A DNA stretch of 64,000 bases from assembly GCF_004010195.1 (NCBI RefSeq), contig NC_057749.1, positions 12,392,591 to 12,456,590 of the forward strand, given 5' to 3'. This stretch comes from Chiloscyllium plagiosum (Eukaryota). The position numbers were made by a program, and so were the translations under genes. This document shows positions 13,584 to 27,257 of the stretch, piece after piece. Within the stretch, counting starts at the first letter, position 1; each line of letters starts with the position of its first letter. A model generated the notes under the pieces. That model did not search any database. It was not told the origin of the DNA and worked only from the letters and a program-made list of their open reading frames with translations.

Positions 13584-14821
13584 ATCGTGGAGAGTGAAAT
13601 AACTCCATCTACCCTTTACAATGAAGTATGTGGGGGCTGTCTCCTTTCATAAAATGCAGGTATCCTTTTGGATTATTAATCCAGTATTCCAACTTGGTAC
13701 TTCATTTCTATTTAGAAAGGTTATTGAAAGTGGGACCTGAAGCAAAGATATGAACCTGAACCATTATTAAGCACTCCGCGATGTTAGCCAACTGGAGAAT
13801 GTTAATCTAAGGTTACCTTATTCTGAGGAAGTTTGGTACAATTAGAGAGCCAACATTTAGATGAGACATTAGACTGAAGTCTTCCCTTGCCTGTTGATTA
13901 CTTGAGAGTTGGTAGGGTTTGTCCCAGTGCCAATTCCAATGTGTCTCAAAGCAGCATCATTAAAATAGAAAATTATTACATATGTTTTCTTCATTAAAAC
14001 AGTGACTGTGCTGAAACAGCCACGAAAGAGCTTTGGATTTGATTTCACGTTCTGAAATGCTCTGGCGTGAACCCAACTTGATTATCTAATTACTATGATT
14101 GTACGGGTATGATGAGTTCCAGTCAAAAATAATAACCGAAAGTTGAAACTTCAATTAATTGTAACTTTTTAAAGGATCAGATAATGTCAGGCCCCTGGGT
14201 CAGGTCCAGGAGGGTGTGATGGGTGAGGGATAATGTACTAAGTTGAATCCTAAAACTAAATGTTGTCTGTGTTGGTCTTGTCCAGGTTTTTGCTGCAGTG
14301 CGTCTAGTCCTTCCTATTACCNNNNNNNNNNNNNNNNNNNNNNNNNNNNNNNNNNNNNNNNNNNNNNNNNNNNNNNNNNNNNNNNNNNNNNNNNNNNNNN
14401 NNNNNNNNNNNNNNNNNNNNNNNNNNNNNNNNNNNNNNNNNNNNNNNNNNNNNNNNNNNNNNNNNNNNNNNNNNNNNNNNNNNNNNNNNNNNNNNNNNNN
14501 NNNNNNNNNNNNNNNNNNNNNNNNNNNNNNNNNNNNNNNNNNNNNNNNNNNNNNNNNNNNNNNNNNNNNNNNNNNNNNNNNNNNNNNNNNNNNNNNNNNN
14601 NNNNNNNNNNNNNNNNNNNNNNNNNNNNNNNNNNNNNNNNNNNNNNNNNNNNNNNNNNNNNNNNNNNNNNNNNNNNNNNNNNNNNNNNNNNNNNNNNNNN
14701 NNNNNNNNNNNNNNNNNNNNNNNNNNNNNNNNNNNNNNNNNNNNNNNNNNNNNNNNNNNNNNNNNNNNNNNNNNNNNNNNNNNNNNNNNNNNNNNNNNNN
14801 NNNNNNNNNNNNNNNNNNNNN

Positions 14822-15100
14822 AAACTGAGATTAAGAGTGACAAAATCAGAACCATCAAAAACCTGGATGGAGAAGAAGGGACTGGAAGTGATGACAGTAC
14901 TCAGCAATAACTGAGGAAGAGTCTGGAATGCCCACAGGGTAATGGGTGGCAGTGACCTAACACCCAGAGGGAGATATTAGGGATAGAGAGGGATAAGGAG
15001 CTGCCTGTGAATACAACAGAAATTATTAAGAATAATGTCAAGAGATGGGGAATTCTTGGAGAGCACAATTGTGTTTGTTGGGAAAGTGAGGAAGAGAATC
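14822..15100 (-). mobile_element. Degenerate L2-like LINE fragment
   Basis: Purine-rich + strand whose reverse complement resembles L2 RT; appears to continue at ~16870-16940 after the CR1 pair. Confidence 0.4.
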
Positions 15101-15103
15101 TGG

Positions 15104-15870
15104 AACATAGAGATGTACAGCATGGAAACAGACCCTTCAATCCAACCCGTCCATGACGACCAGATATCCCAACCCAATCTAGTCCCACCTGCCAGCACCC
15201 GGCCCATATGCCCCCAAACCCTTCCTATTCATATACCCATCCTGATGCCTTTTAAATGTTGCAATTGTACCAGCCTCCACCACTTCCTCTGGCAGCTCAT
15301 TCCATATCCATACGACCCGCTGAGTGAAAAAGTTGTCCCTTAGGTCTCTTTTATATCTTTCCCCTCTCACCCTAAACCTATGCCCTCTAGTTCTGGACTC
15401 CCCCCACCCCAGGGAAAAGACTTTGTCTATATATCCTATCCAGGCCCCTCATGATTTTATAAACCTCTATACGCTCACCCTCAGCCTCCCACACTCCAGG
15501 GAAGACAGCCCCAGCTTGTTCAGCCTTTCCTTTTAGCTCAATCCTCCAATCTTTGCAACATCCTTGTAAATCTTTTCTGAACCCTTTCAAGTTTCATAAC
15601 AACATCTTTCCGATAGGAAGGAGACCAGAATTGCACGCAATATTCCAAAAGTGGCCTAATCAATGTCCGCAACATGACCTCCCAACTCCTGTACTCAATA
15701 CTCTGACCACTAAAGGAAAGCATACCAAAGGCCTTCTTTACTCTACTATCTCCCTGCGACTCCACTTTCAAGGAGCTCTGAACCTGCAGTCCAAGGTCTC
15801 TTTGTTCAGCAACACTCCCCAGCACCTTACCAGTAAGTGCTTAAGTCCTGCTAAGATTTGCTTTCCCAGA
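15104..15870 (-). mobile_element. 5'-truncated CR1 LINE (pseudogenised RT C-terminus plus 3' UTR)
   Basis: Minus ORFs RDLGLQVQSSLKV...RPLLEYCVQFWSP and FFTQRVVWIWNELP. Confidence 0.93.
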
Positions 15871-15909
15871 ATGGGAAACGCAGGGATGGAAGAACAAATG
15901 AGATTGGAA

Positions 15910-16864
15910 ATATGGATGCGAACATAAGAGGTACAGTTAGTAAGTTTGCAGATGACACCAAAATTGGAGGTGTAGTGGACAGCAAAGAGGGTTACCTCAG
16001 ATTACAACAGGATCTTGATCAGATGGGCCAATGGGCTGAGAAGTGACAGATGGAGTTTAATTCAGATAAATGTGAGGTGCTGCATTTTGGGAAAGCAAAT
16101 CTTAGCAGGACTTATACACTTAATGGTAAGGTCCTAGGGAGTGTTGCTGAACAAAGAGACCTTGGAGTGCAAGTTCATAGCTCCTTGAAAGTGGAGTCGC
16201 AGGTAGATAGGGTAGTGAAGAAGGTGTTTGGTATGCTTTCCTTTATTGGTCAGAGTATTGAGTACAGGAGTTGGGAGGTCATATTGCGGCTGTACAAGAC
16301 ATTGGTTAGGCCACTGTTGGAATATCGCGTGCAGTTCTGGTCTCCTTCCTGTTGGAAAGATGTTGTGAAACTTGAAAGGGTTCAGAAAAGACTTACAAGG
16401 ATGTTGCCAGGGTTGGAGGATCAGAGCTACAGAGAGATACTGAATAGGCTGGGGCTGTTTTCCCTAGAGCGTCGGAGGCTGAGGGATGACCTTATAGAGG
16501 TTTACAAAATTATGAGGGGCATGGATAGGATAAATAGACCAAGTCTTTTCCCTGGGGTCGGGGAGTCCAGAACTAGAGGGCATAGGTTTAGGGTGAGAGG
16601 GGAAAGATATAAAAGAGACCAAAGGGGCAACTTTTTCACGCAGAGGGTGGTACGTGTATGGAATGAGCTGCCAGAGGAGGTGGTGGAGGCTGGTACAATT
16701 GCAACACTTAAGAGGCATCTGGATGGGTAAATGAATAGAAAGGTTTTGGAGGGATATGGGCCGGGTGCTGGCAGGTGGGGCTAGATTGGGTTGAGATATC
16801 TGGTTGGCAGGGACGGGTTGGACCGAAGGGTCTGTTTCCATGCTGTACATCTCTATGACTCTAT
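15910..16864 (+). mobile_element. 5'-truncated CR1 LINE, RT C-terminus nearly intact
   Basis: [11 protein letters not shown] then the 226-aa ORF MEFNSDKCEVLHFG...FFTQRVVRVWNELP; ctctatgactcta tail. Confidence 0.95.
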
Positions 16865-16964
16865 ATCTTTGGAACTGGCAGAAATTGCGAATAGCTAGCA
16901 GTGAGAAAACTGAGGGAATGTGGTTGGATCAACAATGCAAAGTGATGAGTCATGTCACTGTTTT

Positions 16965-17200
16965 GCCGCTGTCCTGAGCGTGTTTAGTGGGAGATAGTGT
17001 AGAGGCATCTTCACTCTGTGCCTAACCCTGTGCTGTCCCTGTCCTGAGAGTGTTTTGATGAGAATGGTGTATAGGGAGCTTCACTCTGTATCTAGCACTG
17101 TGCTGTCCTTGGCCTGGGAGTGTTTGATGGGATGTTGTAGAGAGAGCTTTACTCTGTATCTAACCTTGTGCTGTACATGTCTTGGGAATGTTTGAAGAGA
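16965..17200. repeat. Degenerate ~69-bp tandem repeat (actctgtatctaaccctgtgctgtccctgtcctgggagtgtttgatgg...gtagagggagcttt), ~3.5 copies
   Basis: actctgt recurs at ~17013, ~17083 and ~17151. Confidence 0.8.
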
Positions 17201-17669
17201 TGATTACAAATAACTGAAATGTATTTTGAGTTGTGGTTCTGGGTTGCTGAGCCTTGTGTGATGATAGTTAACACATGTCAAGTGTTTGTTACTGGTCTGT
17301 TAGAAACCAAGTACCTTGCGTTTCTCTTTATTTTTTTGTTCAATTTTCTCACTTCTGTCCTGAAAATGCTGACTTCTGTAGGAATGAGTTCATGTACTGT
17401 GTCCAATGGACCAGTTGTATGAGAGTCTGGTCAGTGAGTGCAAAAAACAATTAGACTTGAGTGAGTTCCAATTGAATCTAATCTTTTTCTAACTCAATGT
17501 CTATACTGCCACAGAGTTGACTGGATAGTGATTGGAAGGGGCAGCCCTGAGATCTGGAAATGCTTCATGATGGTTATTGTATTTCTGCTATCACTCAAAT
17601 TCAGCACTTGCCAGGAATCAGATTGAGTTTAGGCTGAGTGAGACTGCAAACTATCACTGAGACTCACAC

Positions 17670-17815
17670 AGATTCTTCATTGGTAAGGGGATCAAGGGTT
17701 ATGGGTTAAGGCAGGAGAATGGGGTTGAGAAATATATCAGGCATGATTGAATGGCAGAACAGACTTCATGCGCCAAATGGCCTCATTCTGCTTCTATATC
17801 TTATTGTCTTATGGT
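17670..17815 (+). mobile_element. CR1 3' end fragment
   Basis: ggatcaagggttatggg...aaggcaggagaatgg...atgattgaatggc...aatggcct...tcttattgtcttatg, similar to 13450-13583. Confidence 0.75.
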
Positions 17816-18169
17816 CAAACCCTTTAGAAGGGTCTGATGGAAAAATGAAATAATTTCAGGACAGACCCTGCATTATCACTGGATTTGAATCCGGTTTAGC
17901 TGGTGGAGGAATGGTGCTTGTAATTAATCTTCTTTTCACTTGAACTGTGAAATACACCTCAAATCGTTCCCAACACAGGTTGCATGCTTTTGATGTGCAT
18001 AGCATGAGTATGGGAGCAGGAAGAGAGAGCCAGAGCTGTCATTGGCTGTGGTAGCAGTTTGCAATGATAAAATTAGGAGTCTTACAATCTTACAACTAAA
18101 GTTGAATTAGGCATAAATTTTCCTGAAACGTTTTCTGAGCGATCATTGGATTCAGCATGAAACTGTGTT

Positions 18170-18306
18170 TAAAAAAACCTAAGAACTGCAGATGCTGAAA
18201 GTCAAAACAAAAACAGAAATTGCTGGAAAAAAACTCAGCAGGTCTGGCAGTATCTGTGAACAGAAAGAAAGTTAATGTTTCAAATCCAGTGACCCCTCTT
18301 GAGAAT
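18170..18306 (-). mobile_element. Penelope-derived terminal-repeat fragment with a decayed hammerhead motif
   Basis: gaactgcagatgctg...attgctggaaaaaaactcagcaggtctggcagtatctgtg...gttaatgtttc; tgaaactgt occurs on both sides (possible TSD). Confidence 0.65.
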
Positions 18307-19609
18307 AGTGAAACTGTTTCTTGGTTTTATGGAAATAGTTTTACTAAAACCATTTGGTTGGGTATCTTATCTTTTAGCTTTTGGCACAAATAATTGTTAG
18401 TGTTGTGGAAGTGTTAATGCTTTATCTGCTGTTGTTACTAGTCCAGTTACTGATTATATCTGGGCTGGGATAATTGTATAAATTTGCTGTTGCAGTGCCA
18501 GTTGCTGGTGGGTAGTTCTTGGTGTCAAAGAAACCTTGGCACCTATAAACTGAAAGAGATGCCACTTTCTTTCACTTTCTGCATCTGAGCAGTGAACTTG
18601 ATGCTGCAGGAATGTTGTGCTATTCTATAGGCAATGGAATCACTTTCTAAGTACAACGTTTTATAATCCTTTTTACACATAATTTCATCCCTCATTTTCC
18701 TGAAAATGCTCATGACAGATACCGCCACTTTGTCTGGGTTCTTTTTGTTTGAGTGTTGATGCTTTAGACAAATCTGATCCTTTTCACAACCAATATGAAT
18801 ATTGTATAACAGAAGTGACTGAGCATTGATTGGGAGTGAGACCAGAACCATGGAACTTGTTCCCCACCCTGTAAACCAACAACTCATTTCCTATTGGATT
18901 CAGGCTTGAACTGACTTGTTGCTGTTTAACATCCATGACATGGCTCTCCAGGAAAACCATCCGTGCACTTGTGAGCTGGTGTATCAACTGAAATGATCAT
19001 GCAGGTGTCACAGCACAGCATCAGGGAGAGAGAATGGTAGAACTGTTTAAACAAAAGATTTGCACAAGTGGAATCTATTTGCTGGGTATTGTTCCTATGA
19101 GTATAGGGAGGGTAAGCACACACACCTCCGATTGGGCATATGCTGCAGCTGTTTCATTCAGAGGTGTTAATGCTTAGGCAGTAACATGATAGCTACCTGC
19201 CGCGATAATAAAGGATAGCTGGGGATGGGATATTAACAGGATCGCTGAGTGACACGGGCACTGATGAGTTTCAGGTCCTGTTACTGATTAAAAAATCTGC
19301 TTCACCTCTTAGGAACCCTGCTCAAAACATGTGTTTCAAATTAATTTATAAGAAACCTCCAAGCTCTCTTATTGGTCAAGTGAGTAAAGGATAATCTGTT
19401 GTTGGATAAGTAAGAATATGCACCAGTTTTATTGAGAGATTGGTCTCAGCTTGGACAGCAATTGGGTGCTGTCTAGAATTGGAGGGAGGTGAGGCTGGGG
19501 ATGAATAAATGCTGATTCTGTCCCTGACTGTGGGCCCCTGCCAGGATGTTTCCTTGAGGATTAGGAAGCGGTTCCTGATTAGCTGCAATCTCCATAATAA
19601 ACCAAAATA

Positions 19610-20140
19610 AATTCTTGAATTTTTACAGAGCATTTTACATCCTCAGGACCTTTTATATCCAATGATGTACTTTTGAAATATAAACACCCCGGTAAGTTAG
19701 GAAATGTGGCAGCTGGTATGTGCACAGCAAAACTCCACGCAATGTTATAATGTTCATGTAATCTTCTTTCAACTGATGTTAGTTGCTGGACAGACATTGT
19801 CTGAAGATGCCATGGAGAACGCTCCTGCTCTTCTAACAGTCCTATGGGATTTTTAACACCTACCCTTCTCAATCTTTCCCCTTGTCTGCGGAATGGTGAC
19901 CCTTGGGTTAAACCACCACCAACCATCTCTCATGAGAGAGCAGCTCTTCATTCTGGTAGAACTATGGCAACTTCACTATTGATACTTTTCCCCCTCTTTA
20001 CCCTGTGACGATCGGCTGCGTCTCATCTGAAAGGCAGCAACACTCAATACTGGCTGCCTGGATTCAGTGTTGAAGTCTAGCGTGGAACTTGAACCGGTAA
20101 CCCACTGATTAAAAGGCAAGAGTGCTTCACAGTGAGCTTT
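19610..20140 (-). mobile_element. Ancient tRNA-derived Deu-domain-type SINE (SacSINE/AmnSINE-like), degenerate
   Basis: Reverse complement of the copy at 39917-40315 (gcagc...tgtgcacagcaa; gagaac.c.cctgctctt; tctcatctgaaagg; cttgaacc B-box remnant). Confidence 0.6.
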
Positions 20141-20917
20141 GACTCGCATCGGTAGTGTATAACAGAGAGAAAAGGCCATAGAGATGCTGGAAATGGTTAG
20201 CTAGGAGCAAGAAATCAAAGGGATAAAATAAATGCTGTTATTTCTATTGTATCATTCAAGGTGCCTCTCATATTTTCAGAGTGACTGTTTCCCTATCACC
20301 TCGAGTTCAATTTAAAACAAGTTATGAGATTGCAAATCCAGTCTTAAAATAATACCTCATCTGTATAATGTACTTTGGGCTCAGACTGCTTCCCCTGGAG
20401 GTGTTGACTCTTCCTGGGATTTGGATCCAGCAATATAACAGCCTGATGATAGCTGTGTGAGATCAGATAAATGGCACCGACAAGTTGGAGGACAGCACAA
20501 GCAAATGTCATTTTCTAACTGGTTCAGAAATGGTCTCTCTTCTTCAGCTCAGGGAGATTTGTGATATGGGATTTTTTCTGAATGATATAGTTCATTGCTA
20601 TGTTGTATCGTGTGTTTATTTGCAAGGTCACTCTCCTCACCATCCTACAGTCATCACACTCAAATGTCTCAGTGAATTTTGTGGAATTGGTTCCACAAAT
20701 TTGAGCTTTGACACAGACTTTCTGTGTAACATGAGAATGTTAATTAATTTACACTGTTAGGTTTAGGTGTAGGAGAATCAAGTATCAGAGAAATATGTTT
20801 ACAGATTTGACAGTTATACAATGTACTTTACCAGTGCTAATGACTCAAGAAATTTACATGACAGGATGGAGGCCATTTAGCCCATCATGTCGGTCCAGTC
20901 CAGAACTGACCTCATTA

Positions 20918-23408
20918 GAACATAGAACATAGAAGAATACAGCGCAGTACAGGCCCTTTGGCCCTCGATGTTGCGCCGATCCAAGACCACCTAACCTATA
21001 CTAACCCACTATCCTCCATATACCTATCCAATGCCCGCTTAAATGCCCATAAAGAGGGAGAGTCCACCACTGCTACTGGCAGGGCATTCCATGAACTTAC
21101 GACTCGCTGAGTGAAGAACCTACCCCTAACTTCAGTCCTATATCTACCCCCCCTTAATTTAAAGCTATGCCCCCTTGAAATACCCGACTCCATACGCGGG
21201 AAAAGGTCCACACTGTCAACCCTATCTAACCCCCTAATCATCTTGTACACCTCAATCAAGACACCCCTAAACCTTCTTTTCTCTAATGAAAACAGCCCCA
21301 AGTGTCTCAGTCCTTACTCATACGATCTTCCTTCCATACCAGGCAACATCCTGGTAAACCTCCTCTGCACCCGTTCCAGTGCCTCCAAATCCTTCCTATA
21401 GTATGGCGACCAAAACTGCACACAATATTCCAGATGCGGCCGCACCAGAGTCTTATACAACTGCATCATGACCTCAGGACTCCGGAACTCAATTCCTCTA
21501 CCAATAAAAGCCAGTACGCCATATGCCTTCCTCACCGCACTATTTACCTGGGTGGCAACTTTCAGAAATCTGTGTACATGGACACCAAGATCCCTCTGCT
21601 CATCCACACTACCAAGTATCCGACCATTAGCCCAGTACCCCATCTTTTTGTTATTCTTCCCAAAGTGAATCACCTCACACTGANNNNNNNNNNNNNNNNN
21701 NNNNNNNNNNNNNNNNNNNNNNNNNNNNNNNNNNNNNNNNNNNNNNNNNNNNNNNNNNNNNNNNNNNNNNNNNNNNNNNNNNNNNNNNNNNNNNNNNNNN
21801 NNNNNNNNNNNNNNNNNNNNNNNNNNNNNNNNNNNNNNNNNNNNNNNNNNNNNNNNNNNNNNNNNNNNNNNNNNNNNNNNNNNNNNNNNNNNNNNNNNNN
21901 NNNNNNNNNNNNNNNNNNNNNNNNNNNNNNNNNNNNNNNNNNNNNNNNNNNNNNNNNNNNNNNNNNNNNNNNNNNNNNNNNNNNNNNNNNNNNNNNNNNN
22001 NNNNNNNNNNNNNNNNNNNNNNNNNNNNNNNNNNNNNNNNNNNNNNNNNNNNNNNNNNNNNNNNNNNNNNNNNNNNNNNNNNNNNNNNNNNNNNNNNNNN
22101 NNNNNNNNNNNNNNNNNNNNNNNNNNNNNNNNNNNNNNNNNNNNNNNNNNNNNNNNNNNNACCTTATCAAACGCCTTACTACAATCCATATATACCACAT
22201 CTACCGCTTTCCCCTCATCAACCTCCTTCGTCACCTTTTCAAAGAATTCAATAAGGTTTGTGAGGCATGACCTGCCCTTCACAAAACCATGCTGACTATC
22301 CTTGATCACATTATTCCTATCCAGATGTGCATAACTCCTATCCCTTACAATTCTCTCTAAGACTTTGCCCACAACGGAAGTGAGACTCACCGGCCTATAG
22401 TTACTATGGTTATCCCTACTCCCCTTTTTGAACAAGGGGACCACATTTGCTATCCTCCAGTCTTCTGGGACTACTCCTGTAGACAAAGAGGACATAAAAA
22501 TCAAGGCCAATGGCTCTGCAATCTCCTCCCTTGCTTCCCAGAGAATCCTAGGATAAATGCCATCAGGCCCAGGGGACTTATCTATTTTCACCTTTTCCAG
22601 GATTTCCAACACCTCTTCTCTATATACCTCAAAGCCATCCATTCTACTTATTTGTGCCTCAGTATTCTCATCGACAACAATGCCCTGTTCCTGAGTGAAT
22701 ACTGAAGAAAAGTATTCATTCAGTGTCTCCCCCATCTCTTCCGCCTCCACACGCAACTTCCCACTACTATCCTTGACTGGACCTATTCCTACCCTAGTCA
22801 TTCTTTTATTCCTAACATACCTATAGAAAGCCTTAGGGTTTTCCTTAATCCTACCGACTAAGGACCTTTCATGTCCCCTCCTTGCTGCTTTTAGCTCTCT
22901 CTTCAGGTCCTTCCTGGCTACCGTATAACTCTCAATCGCCCCAATTGAACCTTCACGTCTCATCTTGAGATAGGTCGCCCTCTTCCATTTAACAAGGGAT
23001 TCCAATTCCTTATTAAACCACGGCTCCCTCGCACGACCCTTTCCTCCCTGCCTGACAGGTACATAATTATCAAGGACACTCAATAGTTGCTCCTTGAACA
23101 AGCTCCACATATCATTTACACTCTTGCCTTGGAGTCTACTTTTCCAAGCCACACATCTTAAGTCATGCCTCCCCGCATCATAATTTCCCTGACCCCAGCT
23201 ATAACTCTTGCCCTGTAGTACACACTTATCCCTCCATCACGAGAGTAAAAATCACCGAATTATGGTCACTATCCCCAAAGTGCTCACCTACCTCTAATTC
23301 TAACACCTGGCCTGGTTCGTTACCCAGAACCAAATCCAGTATGGCCTCACCTCTTGTTGGCCTGTCTACATATTGTGTCAGGAAACTCTCCTGCACACAT
23401 TGTTTTGC
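20918..23408 (-). mobile_element. Young 5'-truncated CR1 LINE (ORF2: end of endonuclease, tether, RT), spans an N gap
   Basis: PTRGEAILDLVLGN...GDSDHNSV; DKSPGPDGIYPRIL; NYRPVSLTSVVGK; QHGFVKGRSCLTNLIEFF; RPHLEYCVQFWSP; (ttctatg)n tail. Confidence 0.96.
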
Positions 23409-26400
23409 AGAAATCTCAGAGGTCTGAATCTTTTCTTCAAACGTTTGTCCAGTATTATAAACTCGGACACTTGAAAATAGTTTCAAACTGTGCTGTTGAT
23501 GCGGCTAGATTATTGGAAGGTGCAGCCCATTTTTAAGTTTATTCAGAGACAGAGTACCATGATCATAGTTCCCTTTTCCATTTTGCAATTTCTTTTGCAC
23601 CTGCCTTCTGAAGGAGCTGCCTTCTTATATGGTTGAGTTTCTGTGCAGATACACTGTGGTATTCGATGTAAGAGAACTGTCTCTTTGTGGTTGGACAGAG
23701 AATTGCAGTATCCTCTGTTTTTGCCTTAAGTGAGTGTTCCATCACCATTCAGTGGTGAGATCAAGTTCCAAATCCCTGGTCAATGATATTGGCTCATTGA
23801 AATGTCCAGCTTTTGTTTGATGGTGATCCATGACCTCAGTGGTAGGAGTCAGTACCTACTAAACTGGGGTCTTCAGTTTGGTATATTTCTGCATCACATC
23901 CACGTTTTATCACTAAACTATGAGAGTAGACAACAAAATGCCACCAAGACATAAACCTTTATTATAATGCCTGCTGTATTTTAGATCATCTCTATGTGGT
24001 AGAGCATTTTTTGAAATATACCTGAATTACCTGGTTACTCTCTAGAATTCTTTCCCTAACTTCCTGTCTATCTCCAACCTTATCTCTACTAAAACCACCA
24101 TTAAAACCTATCTGTTCATCCCTCCATTTATTCATTATTTCCTGAAGTGCTTTGGGACATTTTTCTTTCCATGTTCAAGGTGTTGTTGTATGACCACTTC
24201 TATCAGTAAATTTGAATTTGTGTTCTTTGAAACTTTAGGAACTGGTCTTGAAGACAGATGTTGTGCCTACTGACAGCTTTTGTGGATTGTTATTTTGCAT
24301 TGCTCAAATGTTTGTGTCTTCCAACCTGTCTTCCTTTGCTGTTGTTGCAGTTTCTGCTGACTCTGAATGCCAGCGTTTGGAATCATTTGAATCATTCAAG
24401 TATTCTTGAAGCTGCACCTCTCCAAGGCTATGATCTTGTTCTCCTGGGCAGTTGTTGCACAGTTAGTGAAGAGCCATTTTTTAAAATTTGCCATTTCTGG
24501 CTGAGAAAGCTCTCTTAAGAAAGATTGAGAATTGAGTAGCCTTGCATTTCTTTGGGGCAGATGTGTTCTTCAGGGGGGAGGACGTACTGTTGGCATCAGT
24601 CTATTGCCCACCATCTGCTGTGGCTTCCATTTTCTTTTAGTTGCCAAATGCCATCAATGTAATTTGATCTGACTATTGATGTGCCATATTTCTGATCACC
24701 GTCAGCTGCTCCCATGTCACAATATAGCTCATTACCTAACGAGAAGAGACGAAAAACTCCACAGAATGTAAATTGGCATGACTGAGCCATAGCATGCAGC
24801 AACATGGATTCAAATGTGCCTTAAATGAAACGCAGCAACTTCAATTTGGATGGCAGCTTTAATATGGTAAAATGTCCCAAGTTGCTTTACAGGAACATAG
24901 GAACATTATGACATAATATATAATATTAGGCTATATGAAGAGATGTTGAGCAAAACATCCATTGGGACAGTCAAGTGTGAAAATAGAGAAAGAATGAATT
25001 AATGTTTCAGCAGCAGATGGGTTGAGTTAGAAGTAAAGTCAAGCAATGTTAAAGAAGTGGAAATAGGCTGATTTAGTAATGGCGCAAATATATAATCAGA
25101 AGCTTTTCTTGTGGTCAAATATGACAATGCTGAGTTTGGTTTTTCCTTTATGCCAGTGAGTTTATTATTTGTACTAATCTCCCATCTAACTGCCAAATCA
25201 TTCAGGCTTCATCAAGAGTGGCAGATATCAGCTAAGCAAGGTGGAATGGTGGGAGTGTGAAATTTAACATGACCAATGAAGATTAACCAGCAGCAGGATG
25301 ATAGATTCTGTTTGAAATTGGGTTGTGTATTGAGGGCACTGGTATTAGTTACAGGAAGCGAATTAAGAATATTGCATTAAAAAAGGCAATTATTAAATGT
25401 TATTGACCCAGGAGTCGGTATTTGTACAAATAGCGAGATCATGCTCAATGACATGACTATCTCGAAGCAAACATCATTGCCCATGTTGCAGACCACCATA
25501 ATCCCTCCAATTGCACTGTGTGGAGGTAACTTCATAGTCAGTTTACTGTTTACTGATAGATTTGTTGGCATTTTCTGGAATATTGGATGGTTAAGTTTTC
25601 ATAACAAAGTAAAATTCCTTTCAAAAGATATGACTGTCAATCTGACTGTAGAATTTGAGGGGAGGATATTAAAACTGCTGTCAATGGCCTTTGATGAACT
25701 GTCCTCCAACTTTGAGGAGTCTGTTCCCTGGCTCGGCAGAAGAGGCCAGTTTGTCCTGTTGGAATGTGAGACCAATATCATTATTCCAGAAAGCTGTGTT
25801 GAAGGATAAAACTAGAAACAATTTTTACACGCTTTTATAAACATTGCAAACATGCCGCTCTTTATTCAACAACCACCATTTCAGTTTATTCTTTCTTTTG
25901 AGACAGAAGCAAATCCCAGCTAATGCACACCGGTTGCACACAGTTAAATATAAGTATCGAGCATGTCAAGCACAAGTACTTCACCTTCAAAACCTTGGTC
26001 CAATAATGCTACTGGCCTTGAAGACGTAGGTTTCCCAATTTGAGCTTCAAGCTGTTACAGTCATATGGACACACAGTAGTAGATCATTCGATCCCTCATG
26101 CCAGCTATTCCAGTCAGTAAGTTCATGGCTGTTCTGTTTGAGTTTTCAATTCCACATGGTCATGTACTGCCAATAAACCTTGATTCCCTTGCCTAGCAAG
26201 AATCGTATCAATCTCTGACTAATATGCTTCAACCCTCTCTCTCTTCCCCCTCTTCCTCCACTCCCTTCTCCTCCACCTGTTGCTTGTTGCTGCACTCATT
26301 ATGGTTTGAGCTAAAATCATGCTGAGTTCCTGAGGAGCAGATGAGATTGCCAGCTGAATTGGAACGCACACTGAGCCCTGCCGGGATATAGAGCTGGCGT

Positions 26401-27257
26401 CATTAGGATATTGTTTTGCTTCAAACTAATTTTTTAATGAAGTGTTATTTAAAACTGTAATTATTTTGTATCTTGTCGGCTTGTGGGTACCAATGACAGT
26501 GATTGTGAACTGTTTGCTGGATAGTACATGGATTCATACAGTAAGTGTTGATTATAACTGAATCCACTACTCTATATTTCAGTCCTGGTCATAAAATAAG
26601 TCTTTGGCAAACATTTATTGTTAGGAGATGGTACCTGCTGTTTTTATGATCAGGTGGAGGTTCCTGTGTCAGGAATGTGTTTCTGCTATCCAATGTAAAC
26701 TAATGAGACTTACAGAATGGAACTTCCTTTAGTTCTACTCTGGATCTGAATAGTATTAGTTGATTGTGAGTTGATAAAGGGTAGGGCATCTCTGGGGTTG
26801 GTTCCCTCCACTGCTGTTGTTTGTGTGTGCGTGCAGGTTGGGTAAAGAAAAGATTTGATTCTAGTCTGTGATAGCCAAAGAGAGATCCTGCTGAGGGTCG
26901 CTGTCCCGACCCACATTTGTCAACTCGTGATTCAAAAGAGTCAGAGGGTGGCAGGTATTTCTGAAACTGGGGTGGGTTTCAATCAGTAGCATCAGGAAAG
27001 GAGGGGATTTAGTTGCCAGGATGAAGGTCAACTGATTTTGTGAATTGTTTATGATACAGAGAAGTGGATACTGTAACCTGGAAACCATACTTCCTGTGAA
27101 TTGAGGTGTGGAATGGAGCATCTGCTCAGTTTATTTTTGGATGCACAGAATATTCTACATCTATTTAGAAGGCTGCTTAAAACCTCTGTGTGGGAAAGGC
27201 TGCAATTTAATGTTTTACATTTGAACAACCAATGTCTCTTCCTCTGAGTTTGTTTTA

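Noticed and set aside
14105..14200. ATGATGA C-box suggesting a snoRNA
   Set aside because: No matching D box (CTGA) with a terminal stem at a suitable distance.
14243..14914. Long ORFs spanning N runs (also around 21302-22270 and 54133-55140)
   Set aside because: Artefacts of translating assembly gaps; only the flanking CR1 and PLE peptides are real.
21314..23152. 612-aa ORF as a host gene or active element
   Set aside because: 5'-truncated CR1 ORF2 with frameshifts at both ends and an internal gap.
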